Source of the DNA: Eledone cirrhosa
Lineage: Eukaryota
Direction: 5' to 3'
NCBI GenBank assembly: GCA_964016885.1
Contig: CAXHJY010001703.1
Coordinates: 6,138-70,137 of the forward strand
DNA: 64,000 nucleotides
The notes under the pieces were generated by a model. That model was not told the origin of the DNA and did no database searches. It was given only the letters and a program-made list of their open reading frames with translations. Positions 1-14,775 of this stretch are shown here, one piece after another; the stretch's first letter is position 1; each line of letters opens with the position of its first letter. The translations under genes were made by a program, and so were the position numbers.

Positions 1-3000
1 TCAGAGAAACAGGGATGGATAAAACAATGTTTGGAAGACCATATGAAAAGGCTGGATTGAGACTATGGAAATAACACACTGCATTGTCGTAAAACCCGTC
101 AAAACATTTGTAATAGAAAATTTCCGATTAAATCATTGTAAAAACCCATTATGCATACTTATTCTTCTTCACTATCTATATATCTATACCAACAATTTAA
201 AAGACGTTGGAAGAGGGACCAACCTAATAAAATGTAAAAATCACCACACCCAGAACATAATTCCATGCTTTAAATACTTTTTGATTTACTAGATTCAAAA
301 TCCAAAGATACTTTAATAAGAATTTTTGTAAAAATTGCCATTTACTTATTTATTTATTGTATATTCCAGAATATTACCTATTGGCAGGAACTATAGAAAT
401 TCCATGTTTTATATACAAAGTTTCCCCCTCAATTTCGTCAATCTCATTTATCATTGTCTACTTTAATTGTTTTTTTGCCAATCTCAATTTCATAATTTCA
501 ATGATCTGTGAGTAAAGATATTCCAACCAAGATCATTCTGTCCTTCACTTGAGCACTGCATGTCTAGGACTACATTATACAATGTGCCACTTTCTTTTTA
601 AGACAGTTGGATGAATATAAGGAAGATTTGGCTGCTATTTCTAGTATGTTGAGCGATCACATAAAAACTCCATTCACTTTTTACTCCAGATTACAACTGA
701 CATCTAACACATAACAAGCAGAAAATAAACAGAATAAACTTCCAAAATGCCAAGAATTATTGGAAAACTATTTCTTCTCCAGCCTGTGGCATTTGAGATG
801 TTTGGTGCTCTTGTCATTGAACTGACGTATAAAGTAATGCTTCTTGGTGAGAGTGCTTGATTATTCCAGCATTTTAGCCTTGTTATCACCCATATCAATG
901 CTGTGTGTTGGCTTGCCCTAAAACTTATTAGCAGGAAACTCTAGTGGCCCTTTTTGTAGCATATGATTAAGTGTGTGTGTGTCTTCTCCCATTTTTCCCC
1001 TGCTTTTATTTTTTAAAATATGAATTGTGTTTTATTTCTATGTATAATTAATTATGTGGAATAAAAACATTGAATTAGAGATTAAAACACAGAATGAACA
1101 AGATGATGATGATGAAGATGGAGGGTAATCAAAAATAAATATAACTGGAAACAGCAAAAAGCACTTCATGTTAAAGTAGAGAGTGTTTAATAAAGACACA
1201 TATATATTAAGTGGCAAGGTAAAGCTGTTTGGAGGTGTCTGGTTACTCTAATACATAACATATCAACTTCACTCATAGAATACTTAAAGCCAACACCCAA
1301 GAAAACCTTCAGTAAGATATCTTCTTCCTGCTTTTATTTATTTTACATCTAAATAAAGAAAGACTGACAGTTAAGTGTAGAGTGTATATCCTGTATATCC
1401 TGTTTTAGACTAATCAAACGAACTAAGCAGTCATCATCTTCATGAGATAATTACAATAATACTAATGATACCGACCTGCTGTAGCTTACTTCATGTTTGC
1501 CAGATTGGGCTATTACTTTTCAAGACTACATGATGTTTTTTTTTTGTGTTATTTGCCACTTTAACCTTTTTGATACCAAACTGCCTGAAACTGCTCTTTT
1601 AAAGTATTCATATTTATCTAAAAACCTTCCATCATAATTTTATGTAAAGACCTTTGTTAAGTTATGTTCCAAACACCAGCTAAATAATGAGAAAGTTAGT
1701 TTAAATTACTAAATCCTTCTACATTCTAGATTATTTTCAAAAATATTTGAAAATCATAGGCAGTATTTTACATTAGAAATATTGCAACGAAAAGCTGAAA
1801 AATTTCATCTTTAATGGTAAAAATCCAGTTGAATATCATATAAATTAGTATTAGTATTAGTCTATACGATATAGACTTGTGTATGTATTGTATATACAAC
1901 ATGAAAAATCAGTATCTGACGAACCTGAATTGAAATATATGGGATGTTATAAATGTTTGTAAAATAGAAGTATCACACACACAAGTTAACTTTACCATTC
2001 ATCTTTTCAGAGGTCAGGAGAACAACAGATAATGAATCAGCCCAGAGGATGGTGGATTAGTGGATTTGTAAGACAGGATAACTTGCAATATCTGTGCATT
2101 CTGAGTTCAAATCCCACCTCTTGCCAGCAAGAAAACATTAAAACATTAAAACATCCAAGAAACCTCTTATGAGAAGTAATCTCACAGGAGGCTGGCTGAA
2201 ACTTATGATAGACATGAGCCCTAACAACAACATCCTAATCTAGGAAATATATTCCAAATTCATTTAACAACACACAGCAGTTTGTCAAGAAAACTAAGCT
2301 AAAAACAACAATAATAATAAAAAAGAAAGACCAACAGAAAAGAGGTGATACAAAATGCCAATACTTGCAGATAGGGAGATCAAAGTCAATTTACCAGATA
2401 TTGTAGTCAAAGATCACAAAAAAAAAAAGGGAAATGCCTTCTAAATGACATATCAACCCCTACAAACAGCAATATATCTATCAAGGAATTAGATAAATTA
2501 TCTAAATATATAGATCTGGAGACAGAAATAACCTAAATGTCGATGATGTACACAGAAACAAATTTCTTTAATAATAGGTGATCTGGGAATGATAAAACAC
2601 ACACAGACATAACCAAAACCCCAGGACTTACACACACACAGAGTGTCCCCAAAAAAGTATACACATTTTAACAGTATTCTAATAAATATTGCCTGTACAG
2701 TTCATCAAATTGTGTATACATTTTGCAGGGACACCCTGTATATACAGCATATAGAAAATAGCACTACTATGCACTGCACACACGTTAGGAAGAGTACTCT
2801 TAAGAGTATTCCCAATACAGTAGAAACAACAATATTACACATACCTAAGACAACTTTTCTCAGCAATACAGTAATAGCATGCAATGGAAATAAGACTAAT
2901 GATAAATAAAGAAGTAAATAAACAACAACAGTAATAATAATCAGCATTATTCCAGTCAGTAGTTACATGACAATCATATTACTACAACCTAAGTGTTATT

Positions 3001-3245
3001 TTAACAAGATGCTCCAGAGATTAGATGTAATTATGAAAGAGAAGTTTAAGTTTCTAATGATAAATCCAACAGACAGAAATAGTGAAGTTATTAAAAGCAA
3101 GAGATAAAATGATGAATGTTGGAACTAAACTGAAACAAAAGTAGTATTTTCATATCTGTTTAGTAGAAAATAGTGACTAGACTACTATTAGATATCCTAT
3201 TATTGCTATCATCATTCAATTTCACATGGAGGCACATTGGCTATG

Positions 3246-3600
3246 GAGGCACATTGGCTTAGTGGTTAGAGCATTGGCCTTGCAATCGAAAGGTTGTGAG
3301 TTCAATTCTCAGACCGGGTGGGTGATGTGTTGTTTCCTTGAGCAAGACACTTTATTTCACATTGCTCCAGTTTACTCAGCTGTAGAAATGAGATGATAGG
3401 GACTGGGTTCCCTATCATTCCACTGCAAAGTGGACGTGTAGGCGCCACGGCAAAAAAGCACCCAGCACTCACTGTAAATGAGGTTGGTGTTAGGAAGGGC
3501 ATCCAGCTGTAGAAATCAAGCCAGAATCAGTTCCCGTCCCACCCTTGCAAGCAGGGAAAAGCGGACGTAAAATGAAATGATGATGATGATGATGATGATG
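3246..3600 (+). mobile_element. tRNA-derived SINE with RTE-type 3' tail
   Basis: A-box-like TGGCTTAGTGG and B-box-like GAGTTCAATTC. Central CCTTGAGCAAGACACTT motif. Tail GGAAGGGCATCCAGCTGTAGAAA...(GAT)n is shared with the RTE 3' UTRs in this window. Near-identical to 52476-52823. Confidence 0.85.
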
Positions 3601-4329
3601 GCCTGATAGATTACCACATGTGAAACTCAATAAAGATTGACCGCCATTCCTAGACCAACACCACCACCACCACCATTACCAACACTACCAATTTTATCAA
3701 CAACACACCAATAGCAGAACCACTACTACCACCACCATTAATTACCAACACTACCACAAAAACAACCTAATAACAGAGCCACCACCACCACCAACAACAA
3801 CAACTGATAAAATAAATGAAAGTGAAATTTCAATTGGTTATTTATTAAGCGAATTATTACATCTATATTGTACAAGAGTAATTTTAGCCCTTAAGCACAG
3901 ACACACACACAACAATATTCATTTACACAAGATTCTATCTCAAAAACATCACACACACACACACACACTCACACAACATTATATGTCTCACACACACACC
4001 TTATACATCATAGCCACACATAACCTTTCACACTGCACACACTTCACAGATACATGTACAACCTTATACAGATACACATACACAACACACATAAACAGAT
4101 TTATGCATGGAAAGATGGGCACACCTCCACAGTGTACTGTGACACATCAATTGCTTACTTTCTCTTCAACACCATACCCATGACACAAAACTTACTCCTC
4201 CCACATCCCCAAATTCCAATGTCCTTACCCAACCATGTACAACCAGATTTTGTAGACATATGAATGTCCTGTGTGGCCAGAGCATAGACACAGACATATA
4301 TATATATCGACAGTTGATCAATTCTCGTC

Positions 4330-4522
4330 AAATCAGACCGAGGAAACAATGTTTCCATTGGTCTTTCCAATTGCTAATACTATCTATCGGTTGCATCTCC
4401 AGGGAGAAGGAGCAACATGAAATAAAGTGTCTTGCCCAAGGACATAACGCATCGCCCAGTCCGGAAATCAAACTTACAACCTCATGATTGCGAATCCAAT
4501 TCTCTAACCACTCAGCCATGCG
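4330..4522 (-). mobile_element. tRNA-derived SINE fragment
   Basis: Minus strand reads GCATGGCTGAGTGGTTAGAG...GTCCTTGGGCAAGACACTTTATTTCA, the same head as the SINE at 3246. Confidence 0.75.
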
Positions 4523-4696
4523 ACTATATGTACTATTAACTCCTGTGTTTGTTTGTCCTTTTGAACTATATATATACACATGCACCTGGTTGGTTCTTTT
4601 TGCAACTGTTTTGTCATCAAGTGATTGCCAGACACTATGATCAATATTCTGTGTATTGATCAAAATTATTCTTATATATATATACACACATATATA

Positions 4697-5300
4697 TCAT
4701 CATCATCACCGTTTTACATCCGTTCTTCCATGCTAGCATGGGTTAGGTGGATTGTCCTGTTGTGGGCAGTGTCTGGTCGGCTGACCTTGTCTTGCTCATA
4801 CGGGAACTGATCCCGTCTTGATTTCTACAGCTGGATGCCCTTCCTAATACCAACCTCATTTACAGTGAGTGCTGGGTGCTTTTTTTTCCGTGGTGCCTAC
4901 ACATCCACTTTACAGTGTGGGCCAGGTGCTTTTTTGCCGTGGCACCTCCACGACTACTTTGCAGTGGGAGGGGGTGAGAGCATATTGTCTATATGCTTCA
5001 GCTTCGGCTTGTACCCGTGTGAAGTCAGGTCTTCTGTATTACTGCGTGACGCCATAAGTCACGGTCGTATGTCATCGCCTTTGAGAGGTGTAATTGGGTA
5101 AGGTTGGCTTTTATCACCTCATTCCAGGTCTTCTTGGGTCTCCCCACTCCGCGGCTTCCATCAACTTCTAGTGTTCTGCACCTTTTTCTGCAGCTGTCAT
5201 CCTTCATACACATCACATGTCCATACCAACGCAACCTCCTCTCCTGTACATAGCATTTGATTCCTCTTATGCTCAGTCTCTCTCTCAATTCGTTTATGCT
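4697..5300 (-). mobile_element. RTE LINE 3' fragment
   Basis: ORF 5025-5288 ([11 protein letters not shown]...GRPKKTW) is an RTE ORF2 C-terminus. It is followed by the 3' UTR and (GAT)n tail and closely matches 62683-63511. Confidence 0.9.
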
Positions 5301-6857
5301 TTACATATATTTATACATGGGTGTGTGTGTATCTTTGGTTATTCTATAACCTAGCAGTTTGACAAAAAAATAAAATTCATAAAATAAGTACCGCCAGATA
5401 CCACTCACTTTCCTTATGGCCATCCTCCGCAAGTAACACGTAGCTTACCCTATACTCTCACGCAACACTCCATATCACTGCCCTCCAAGCCAAGCCGAGG
5501 ACACAAGTGTGCTAGTGTTCATAAGTAGTAGTGCTGTTATCACAATAAAATACACTCAGACCCCACTTTAAAATAGTAGAGCTGGTGCCATGATAAAATG
5601 CACCCAGCCCACACTGTAAAACAGTAGTGCTGGTATCATGATAAAAGGCATCCAATACACCATGTCAAGAAGTGGTCAGTGTTAGAAAGGGCATCCAGCT
5701 GTAGAAACCATGCCAGAGGGGAAGGTATAAATGAATGTGCCAACCTGTCTAACCTATGCAAACATGGAAAATAACCATTAAACACTGATGGCTGCAAAGG
5801 TAGCAGTGGTGGTGGTGACAGTGATGGTGGTGATGATGAAACATACCTAATGTGTCAAAAATACCTGATTATTGTATAAATGGTATAATTTCTTAAGTGG
5901 TTAATCTGTAATTTAAAGGATCATAAATGACTATATCCCTTCATCTAAAGGGGAGTTGCTAATAGATATAACAGAGATGAACAATAGATTATTAATAAAG
6001 ATTATTTAAAAACCCAATTACATTAACAATTACTGCATGAAAGAGTCATTTTAGTTATTTACAAACATAAAAACTATTAACTCTCCTTTGTGCCAGTTAA
6101 CAGGCAGAAGATTGCAATGAAACTTTTGATACTAGGAAAAAAATGAATAAAGATAACAGTTTTTATGTTTTTAAATGGCTATAATGATTTCCAAGTAGTA
6201 ATTGTTTAAGTTTCTACACATGATGTAAGATTAAATCACATTTTTCTGAAATATAAACAGTGACATATATACAACAAGCATTTGAAGGCCATTTCCCCTG
6301 CTTATCATGGGGTCCATTTTGAGACAGTGTTTTACAGTGGGATACCCTTCTAGTCATCAACCCTTGCAACATGCAGAGATATGGTATACCTATTCTAAAC
6401 TGGATATACAAGCAAAAGAGTGATATCATCATCATCATAATCACCAGCATTTTACATCTGTTTTCTATGACGGCATGGGTTGGACTAACATGTCAGTTGA
6501 CAACATTTTGGCTAGATTTCTACAACTAGATGACCTTCTTAACACCAACCACTTTACAGAATGTACTAGTGTACTAGGTATTTTATCAAGGTATCAGAAC
6601 AATATATATATGTTTGATGACTGGAACCAGCAAAAGAATATATGTAGCAGGGAAACCTGACGTTAAAACGACAATGATGTGCGTGCACACACACACATAT
6701 ATATATAGAGAGGGGGGGGGGGCAGAAAAGGTGGAATTGGAAATAGCACGGAAAATATATTTAAGGATCTGTTTTATAAAACTCTCAATTCCACCTTTTC
6801 TCTATCACCACTGTTTTGTATAGAACCTTACTCCCTTTTCAAATATATATATATATA

Positions 6858-7598
6858 AACGAACTGAGAAATTAGGAATAAGAGGGATCAGATGTTGTTT
6901 ACTCGAGAGAAGACTACGTTGGTACGGTCATGTGATGCGCATGAAAGACGACAGCTGTATACAAAAGTGCAGACCCAGAAAAACCTGGGACGACTTGATA
7001 AATTCCGACCTCACACACACCTCTCCAAGACAATGTCACTGGACCGAGATCTTTGGCGCTACACAGTAATACAGAAGACCCGCCTTGCCTAAGTACAAAG
7101 CGAAACCTACAGTCAGTAGGCACCTCTAACAAAATACACCCCCGTCCCACTACCCCCACCCCTTTAAATGTGAAGTTATGTTGGCACCACAACATCCAGT
7201 CCAAAACAAATGAGGTCGTGTAGGTGTCACGACAAAAAAACACACAGTCCACGCTGTAATGTGGCCGTGTAGGTAACACGGTAAAAACCTCCCAGTCCAC
7301 ACTGTAAACGTGGTTGGTGTTGGGAAGGGCACCCAGCCGTAGAAAACCCGCCAGACGTGTAGGTGTCACTACAAAAAAAAAACACAGTCCACGCTGTAAT
7401 GTGGCCATGTAGGTAACACGGTAAAAACCTCCCAGTCCACACTGTAAACGTGGTTGGTGTTAGGAAAGGCATCCAGCCGTAGAAAACCCGCCAGACAGTC
7501 CTATACGAGCAGGACAACCAATCTTGCCTCAAGTGGGAAAACTCCCATCCAAACCCATGCAAGCGTGGAACATGGACGTTGAACGATGATGATGATGA
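6858..7598 (+). mobile_element. RTE LINE 3' fragment with internal deletion and ~140 bp tandem duplication in the 3' UTR
   Basis: Aligns by eye to 53990-54637. Duplicated unit at about 7217-7356 and 7357-7497. (GAT)n tail. Flanked by TA repeats. Confidence 0.85.
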
Positions 7599-8493
7599 TA
7601 TATATACACACACACACACACACACGGAGCAAGAGAGAACACAGTTGACAAAAGACGTTGATTTCTGTTATGAACGAAAACATTTTAGAACATTTGTTAC
7701 TTCATTTTTGTCTTACATTTGTGTTCTATGAATTTTTACATAAGACATTTTGGATCATTTTTGACAGATCATAGCATTTCTGTGTGACAGATGGACAAAA
7801 ATGATGTACAGTTAGTATAATATAGTTTTGTATTTTGCAATATTTCAAAATCATCTCAGCAGAGTTTCTATAAATTATATATATATTTTTTCCCTATACA
7901 ACCCTACCCAACAACAAAATACAATAAGTCTAAACTAGCCAAAAATACCACACAAAATAAAATTAAAATCACACTAAAAAATCCTTTCATACCAGAGACC
8001 TTTCAACAGCCATCTTAGTCTGCACAATATCAGAGGCATGATTCAATATATATAATTTTTCTTACACAACTCCACCCAGCCATATACAAGAAGCCTAAAC
8101 TAGCCAAAACACCACACAAACTACAATTACCTGGTTAAATAAGATATATAATGCATGCAACTATATTTTACAACCAGGGTGTTGTTATTCAAAGTATGGT
8201 CGGTGTTATTTTACTGTAGTTTATAAATAAGTTTAGATAAATGAAGATTACACTATCTTTATGTAGTTTTAGGTTCTAAGGTGACCTTATTCTCATTATG
8301 GGAGTTGTATGTGAAGATCTTAAGGCACATATGTTTCTGGGTAACATATGCCATGGGTGTGTATATACATAGATCTCTCTCTCTCTCTGCATATGTATAT
8401 ATAAATTAGTAAAATCCCAATGGAGGACCCACTCTGTTTTGGCTGGCCTGCAATCTTACTGGCATTGAAGCACATATCTTTCATTTTCTCTCT

Positions 8494-8557
<64 letters not shown>

Positions 8558-8559
8558 GG

Positions 8560-8890
8560 GGGGGCGCATGGCTTAGTGGTTAGAGCGTTGGGTTTGCAAT
8601 CAGAAGGTTGTGAGTTTGATTCTTGGACCGGGAGATGCGTAGTGTCCTTGAGCAAGACATTTTATTTCACGGTGCTCGTTTTCTCAGCTGTAGAAATGAG
8701 TTGCAATGTCACCGGTGCCAAGCTGTATCAGCCATTGCCTTTCCCTTGGACAACATCATTGGTGTGGAAAGGGAAGACTTGTATGCATGGGTGACTGCTT
8801 GTCTTCCACAAACACACCTTGCCCAGGTTTGTGCCACAGAGGGGAACTTTCTAGGTTCAAAATCATGATCATTCATGACCGAAGGGCGCC
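8560..8890 (+). mobile_element. tRNA-derived SINE
   Basis: GCATGGCTTAGTGGTTAGAGCG head and GTGTCCTTGAGCAAGACA motif. Its 3' part differs from the 3246 subfamily. Confidence 0.8.
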
Positions 8891-10399
8891 TATGCTGATA
8901 CATACACACACACACACACATAAGTACACATGCTCTACATAAACAACTTTTTTCCTTTTCAATCAACACCTTTTAAAACAAGATTATCTTACACAAAATG
9001 CCAGCATCAAGAGAAATGCATCCTACTTGAAGGAGTAACCCCGTGATTTGGAATGGCTGATGCAGCAAATGTCACTGGCTGTTCTGTGGCAATGTCTTTA
9101 CCATCTTGTCTGCAAAGTGCAGCTGAAATATACTGCCTAGCCAATGATGTAGAATTTACCCCCTCTCTCTCATTTTTCATTATTTAATCCTCCCCCTTTT
9201 TTCTCTTTTCCTGTTTATTGCTTTAATACTTTCATTGTTGTATACTTTTGTCCAACAATAAATTTATCTCTGAATCAGTTACCAGCTAGATCAGAGGACT
9301 AGAAGTCTTTATTGTAACGACCTGGGTGAGACATAATAGGACTGGTGAATGGCAGAGAGATGGTGGAGGTGGTGCACAACTAGCTAGATATAGAAAATGC
9401 AATAATGAAACAATAGGCAGCTCTCATGAAAAAAAAAAAAAAAAATTAAATTTAACAAAAACTCAAGCTTTACACAGTCATAAAAAATGCTTATTCTAAC
9501 CATAACCACCACTACCATTATTATGACTACAACTAGCATCATTCCATTTCACCACTGCCACCACCACCACCACCATTGTCATCATCATCACCCCCACTAC
9601 CATCATCAATACTATGTCCATCAGCCCTACTGCCACCACCATTCTGTTTCTCACACAGTTCAATAGCTACATTATCCAATCAGATTCAATATAGTTATGC
9701 TATTGTGTTGTTACCATTATAAACACCATAGTGTTGGTGGTTGCTGTGGAATGGTTAGTCATATCACTGTTCTTACCACTATAAACACAGTATTGGTGGT
9801 AATTGTGGATTACTTCTTTTACTGGAATTGTTAGTTATACAGTAAAAACAGCAATAAATAGAGAGAAATGTTTATACTGAAAGAAGAAAGGATACCCCAT
9901 AGTGTGTGTATAAGATGTTTATCACAAAGTATTTAAAATTGTTATATAGTGACCATAACAACAGAAAGAGAGAAGTGTTTATACTTAATACAAAATACTT
10001 GAAATTTTTTCTAAACTCATGGACCCCCAGGGGCCCAACCCTAGGTTGGAAACTGCTGATCTAGATGATAAAAAAAAAATACTTTGCTCTCTTCCTAACC
10101 AGTAATTTATTGGAAACTAAATCATACCAAAATAAAGCTTTCTTGCTACTTGGTACAAGACTAGTTATTGTTTAGCCTAAGGACAGCTGGATGTTGTTTT
10201 GTAGCAATTAGTAAGGAAGGAAGGAATGACCTTTGCAGGGCTTCAAAGAATGGTGGGTGAGTGGGAGGGAGGAAGGAATGAATGTACCCTCAAACAAAAG
10301 ACCTGGCAATAGGTCAGGCTCAGCAAAAGACACACATGGGCCACGTGATGCTGGCATTAAAATGGGAAATGTTCCAGTTGTGACCACCCTATCTATTTG

Positions 10400-10760
10400 A
10401 ATAGCAATACTGCCTGGCAATGAGATGTGGGCTTTGTGTGAAGAAGATTTGAGATATGCAGGCTTCACTGGATGTGTAATGCTGTTATTCACAGTATGAG
10501 AATAACAGAGCACAAGTGAAGTGAGAGAAAAGCTGAGTATTCAAGAAACAATTGTGCCGGTATAAGCATGTGATGCATAAGGAGAGCAAAAATAGTATAA
10601 AAAGGTGCTGAGCACTTGAGGAATATAGAACCTGTGGAAGAAAGAGACTAAGGAAGATATGGGACAAAGTTGTGAAGAATGACTAAAAGAATCTGAAAAT
10701 CATGAAGATGTTGACACAAATCCGAGCTGACTGGCAATATAACAATGCAAAAGATCTGTC
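10400..10760 (+). mobile_element. Highly degenerate RTE LINE fragment
   Basis: Remnant similarity to the RTE C-terminal region (TGAGATGTGGGC..., CATGTGATGCATA, GGAAGATATGGGAC), broken by stops. Confidence 0.55.
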
Positions 10761-11391
10761 CTCCATTATAAGCACTGTGATAGTAAAAGTCAATGTGGTG
10801 AGAAATCAGAAGCTACAGTGTTTCACAGTTGAACAGAGCCAATGTAAGGTTTGGCAAGATTCTTCAGTCTGGCCTAGCATCATACAACTTCTTTAGAACT
10901 AGTGCCAACCTGTAAAGTGGTAATGTCGGTAATAGATAAAATACATCCAGTACATTCTGTAAAATTGGACTGCTGGTGTCACAAAAAATGCTCCCACCCA
11001 GTACACCTTTTAAAGTGGTTAGTATTAGAAATCGCATCAAGTCATAGAAACCATGCAAAATATGGAACATAATGAGCGAGATTGGTTGCTTGTGTGTAGC
11101 AAGCCTTCTCAAGTGTATATATATATGTATACCCTTGATAAGTCTTGATACATACAAGCCAAAACCCATAGGCGTCACAAAGGAGATTATATCTTTCTAA
11201 TATATATAATTATATATATATGTATACTCACACATCAGTTGTTTGATCAATTGAACACCCTACTATTGATGTAAAAGCCAGAGTACTATATATATATGTA
11301 TATATATATCTTGCCTCAAGTGGGAAAACTCCCGTCCAAACCCATGCAAGCGTGGAAGATGGACGTTAAACGATGATGATGATATATATTC

Positions 11392-11623
11392 ATTCAAAAT
11401 ATTAACAAAAATAGATCTTCATTGTGATATATTTTATTAAACATATTTCAGAGGTACTCCATCAGATAAAATAAGATGATGCATGACATACCCTGACATA
11501 GAAGATGGTTAAGATCCAGTCATGGTAGTGAATAAGATATGACAAAACTCAATATTTATATACCTTAAGATTGATACATGAAAAAACTTACATATAATAC
11601 AGAGGGTGCGTGTAAGAAAGCTT
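11392..11623 (-). mobile_element. Single-arm copy of the hammerhead fold-back family at 39736, with stem II deleted
   Basis: Reverse complement of about 39937-40191. TTTCAGAGGTACTCCATCAG shows most of stem II removed. Confidence 0.75.
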
Positions 11624-12579
11624 AAAAATACATAACAGTAATTTACATAACTGTTAGAGATTCAAATAATTATTGAAGAAAAAGGAAAGAAAAAAGACAG
11701 AGAGAAAACACATGAGGGGAAAATATAGCTAGAAGAGATATAGAGAGCAAAGGAGAATTGACCAAGAAAAGGAGACAAAGAGGAATAATTATAATTATAG
11801 GGAGGGATGTATAGTTATGTATGATATATATCCATACACAACTATACATTTGGGCATAGCTATGCGATAGAGTAAACTCGAATCATTGAATTATTGAATT
11901 ATCTAGAAATATTCATCAATCTAAATCCTAAATATAACTGGGTGTAATCAATAAAGGTTAATTTTCTCAGTTAATTAGTTATATATACTATCCAAATGTG
12001 TCTGGTTGACCGTTAACTTTCAAATCATTTAAGTTAGTTCAGAGTAATGAATTAATTAAAGAGTATAATATTTCAGGCTATAAAAGTTTATAAATATCTG
12101 TATTACTACTAAAGTATACTATCATATTTAATTTATAAAATCATATTTTATGAATTCATATTTAAACTATTTGCAAACATGAGAGAGAAAACATGCTATT
12201 TTTCATCCTCTCGAAGGTAAATCTTAATAATTTTATTATAATATATTTAATTATTAATATTATATTAATATTATTAATATTATATTAAAGATATAATTTA
12301 AAAAAATATTATATTAATATTATATTAATATTATTAATATTATATTAAAGATATAATTTTAAAAAAATTTCAGATTAACAATTAGAATGCCTTAAAACAT
12401 CAAAAGGCCTTATAATTAAACTTAAAAAAGTTCATTATTAAATTAGATATATGCATTTGTCTAAATATAAACAAAGATTAAGATGATACCTATCATTTAT
12501 ATATAACATAATATAATACAATAAATAAGTTACTGATAATATTGTTAAAAATTAAGGTTTTAGGTCAATTATTATAATA

Positions 12580-12634
<55 letters not shown>

Positions 12635-12934
12635 CATAAGGGAAAACAGAAAATAGATATGTATGTATGTATATACACATACATAAGGGAAAACAGAAAA
12701 TGGTGATCATCCATCCTCCACCCAGCCATCCCAAACTACCATCCATCCACCCAACCGACCACTAATCAATACAGTTTTGTATTCCATTCCTCTCCAGTTA
12801 CTAAACGAAACTAAACTGATGAAAGATCCTCTAGTGGTTTCTACTCTACAACTGGTGAGTGTTCAGTTGTTTGATCAATTGAACACTATACTATTAACAT
12901 GTAAGAGTTAGAGTACTATATGTACATTCTCTCT

Positions 12935-13443
12935 AGAGAGAGAGAGAGAGAGAGAGATGCATATAAATATATATAAACACACATATATACATATAAATAC
13001 ATACATACATTTACACACGCACGCATATATACATATATATATATATACATACATACATACATACATACACATATATACATACATATATATATACACATAT
13101 ATATATATACATACATACATATATATACACATATATATACACATATATATATATACACATATATATACACATATATATACATACATACATATATATACTC
13201 ATATATATACACATATATATACACATATATATACATACATACATATATATATATACACATATATATACATATATATACACATATATATACATACATACAT
13301 ATATATATATATACATACATATATATATATATACATACATATATATATATATACAAACATACATACATACATATACATACATATATATATATATACAAAC
13401 ATACATACATACATATACATACATACATATATATATATATATA
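12935..13443. repeat. (AG)n plus (TA/CATA)n compound microsatellite
   Basis: Directly visible. Confidence 0.95.
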
Positions 13444-14007
13444 CAGGGGCTGGATAAAATAATGGAAACACCTAGCATCGTAGCATCATAATTTTGAAAT
13501 ATCTATAAAACCGTCAAAAGCTTGTTTATTTTTTATGTTTTTTTATTTATTATTAGTGTTGCTTAACATGTTTTGTTAAAATTGCTGTTTGTCTTCAGAT
13601 ATCATCACAAAAAGGTAATTAAATTCATTAAAATGACAGATCTATCGGACTTTCAAAGAGGTCAAATTGTTGGTGCTCGTATGGCAGGCGCTAGCGTAAC
13701 GAAAACAGCCGAAATGTTTGGTGTATCAAGAAGTAGTCTCGAAAGTAATGACAGCCTTTGAGAAAGAGGGAACAACCTCCTCGTCGAAACAAAACTCCGA
13801 AGAAAACCAAAACTTTCAGATAGGGACTGTCGGACTCTTACACGAATTGTTAGAAAGGATCACAAAAGTATAGCTCCCAAAATTACTGCAGAGCTTAATG
13901 ACCACCTCGAGAGCAATAAAAATAAACAAGCTTTTGACGCTTCTATAGATATTTCAAAATTATGATGCTATGATGCTAGGTGTTTCCATTATTTTGTCCA
14001 ACCCCTG
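13444..14007 (+). mobile_element. Internally deleted Tc1/mariner DNA transposon
   Basis: TIRs of about 90 bp (CAGGGGCTGGATAAAATAATGGAAACACCTAGCATC / GATGCTAGGTGTTTCCATTATTTTGTCCAACCCCTG) with TA on both flanks. Inserted in a TA array. Confidence 0.9.
13633..13912 (+). pseudogene. Tc1 transposase N-terminal HTH remnant
   Basis: MTDLSDFQRGQIVGARMAGASVTKTAEMFGVSRS, then a frameshift to RKPKLSDRD...RIVRKDH...KITAELN. The DDE domain is absent. Confidence 0.85.
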
Positions 14008-14146
14008 TATATACATACATATATATACATATATATATATACACATATATACATATATACATACATATATATATATACATATATATATACATACATATAT
14101 ACATACATATATATATACATATATATATATATACATATATATATAC

Positions 14147-14215
<69 letters not shown>

Positions 14216-14459
14216 CATATATATATACATATATATATATATACATATATATATACATACATATATATATACATACATATATATATACATATATATATAC
14301 ATATATATACATACATATATATATACATATATATACATATATATACATACATATATATATACATATATATACATACATATATATATACACATATATATAC
14401 ATATATATATACACATATATATATATATATATACACATATATATATATATATATACACA

Positions 14460-14519
<60 letters not shown>

Positions 14520-14724
14520 TATATATATATATACACATATATATATATATATATACACATATATATATATATATATATACACATATATATATATATATAT
14601 ACACATATATATATATATATATACACATATATATATATATATATATACACATATATATATATATATATACACATATATATATATATATATACACATATAT
14701 ATATATACACATATATATATACAC

Positions 14725-14775
<51 letters not shown>

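Noticed and set aside
3246-3320. tRNA-like A and B boxes
   Set aside because: This is a SINE head repeated many times in the window, with no complete cloverleaf.
12245-12370. ~60 bp AT-rich tandem duplication with short palindromes
   Set aside because: Low-complexity local duplication with no further structure.
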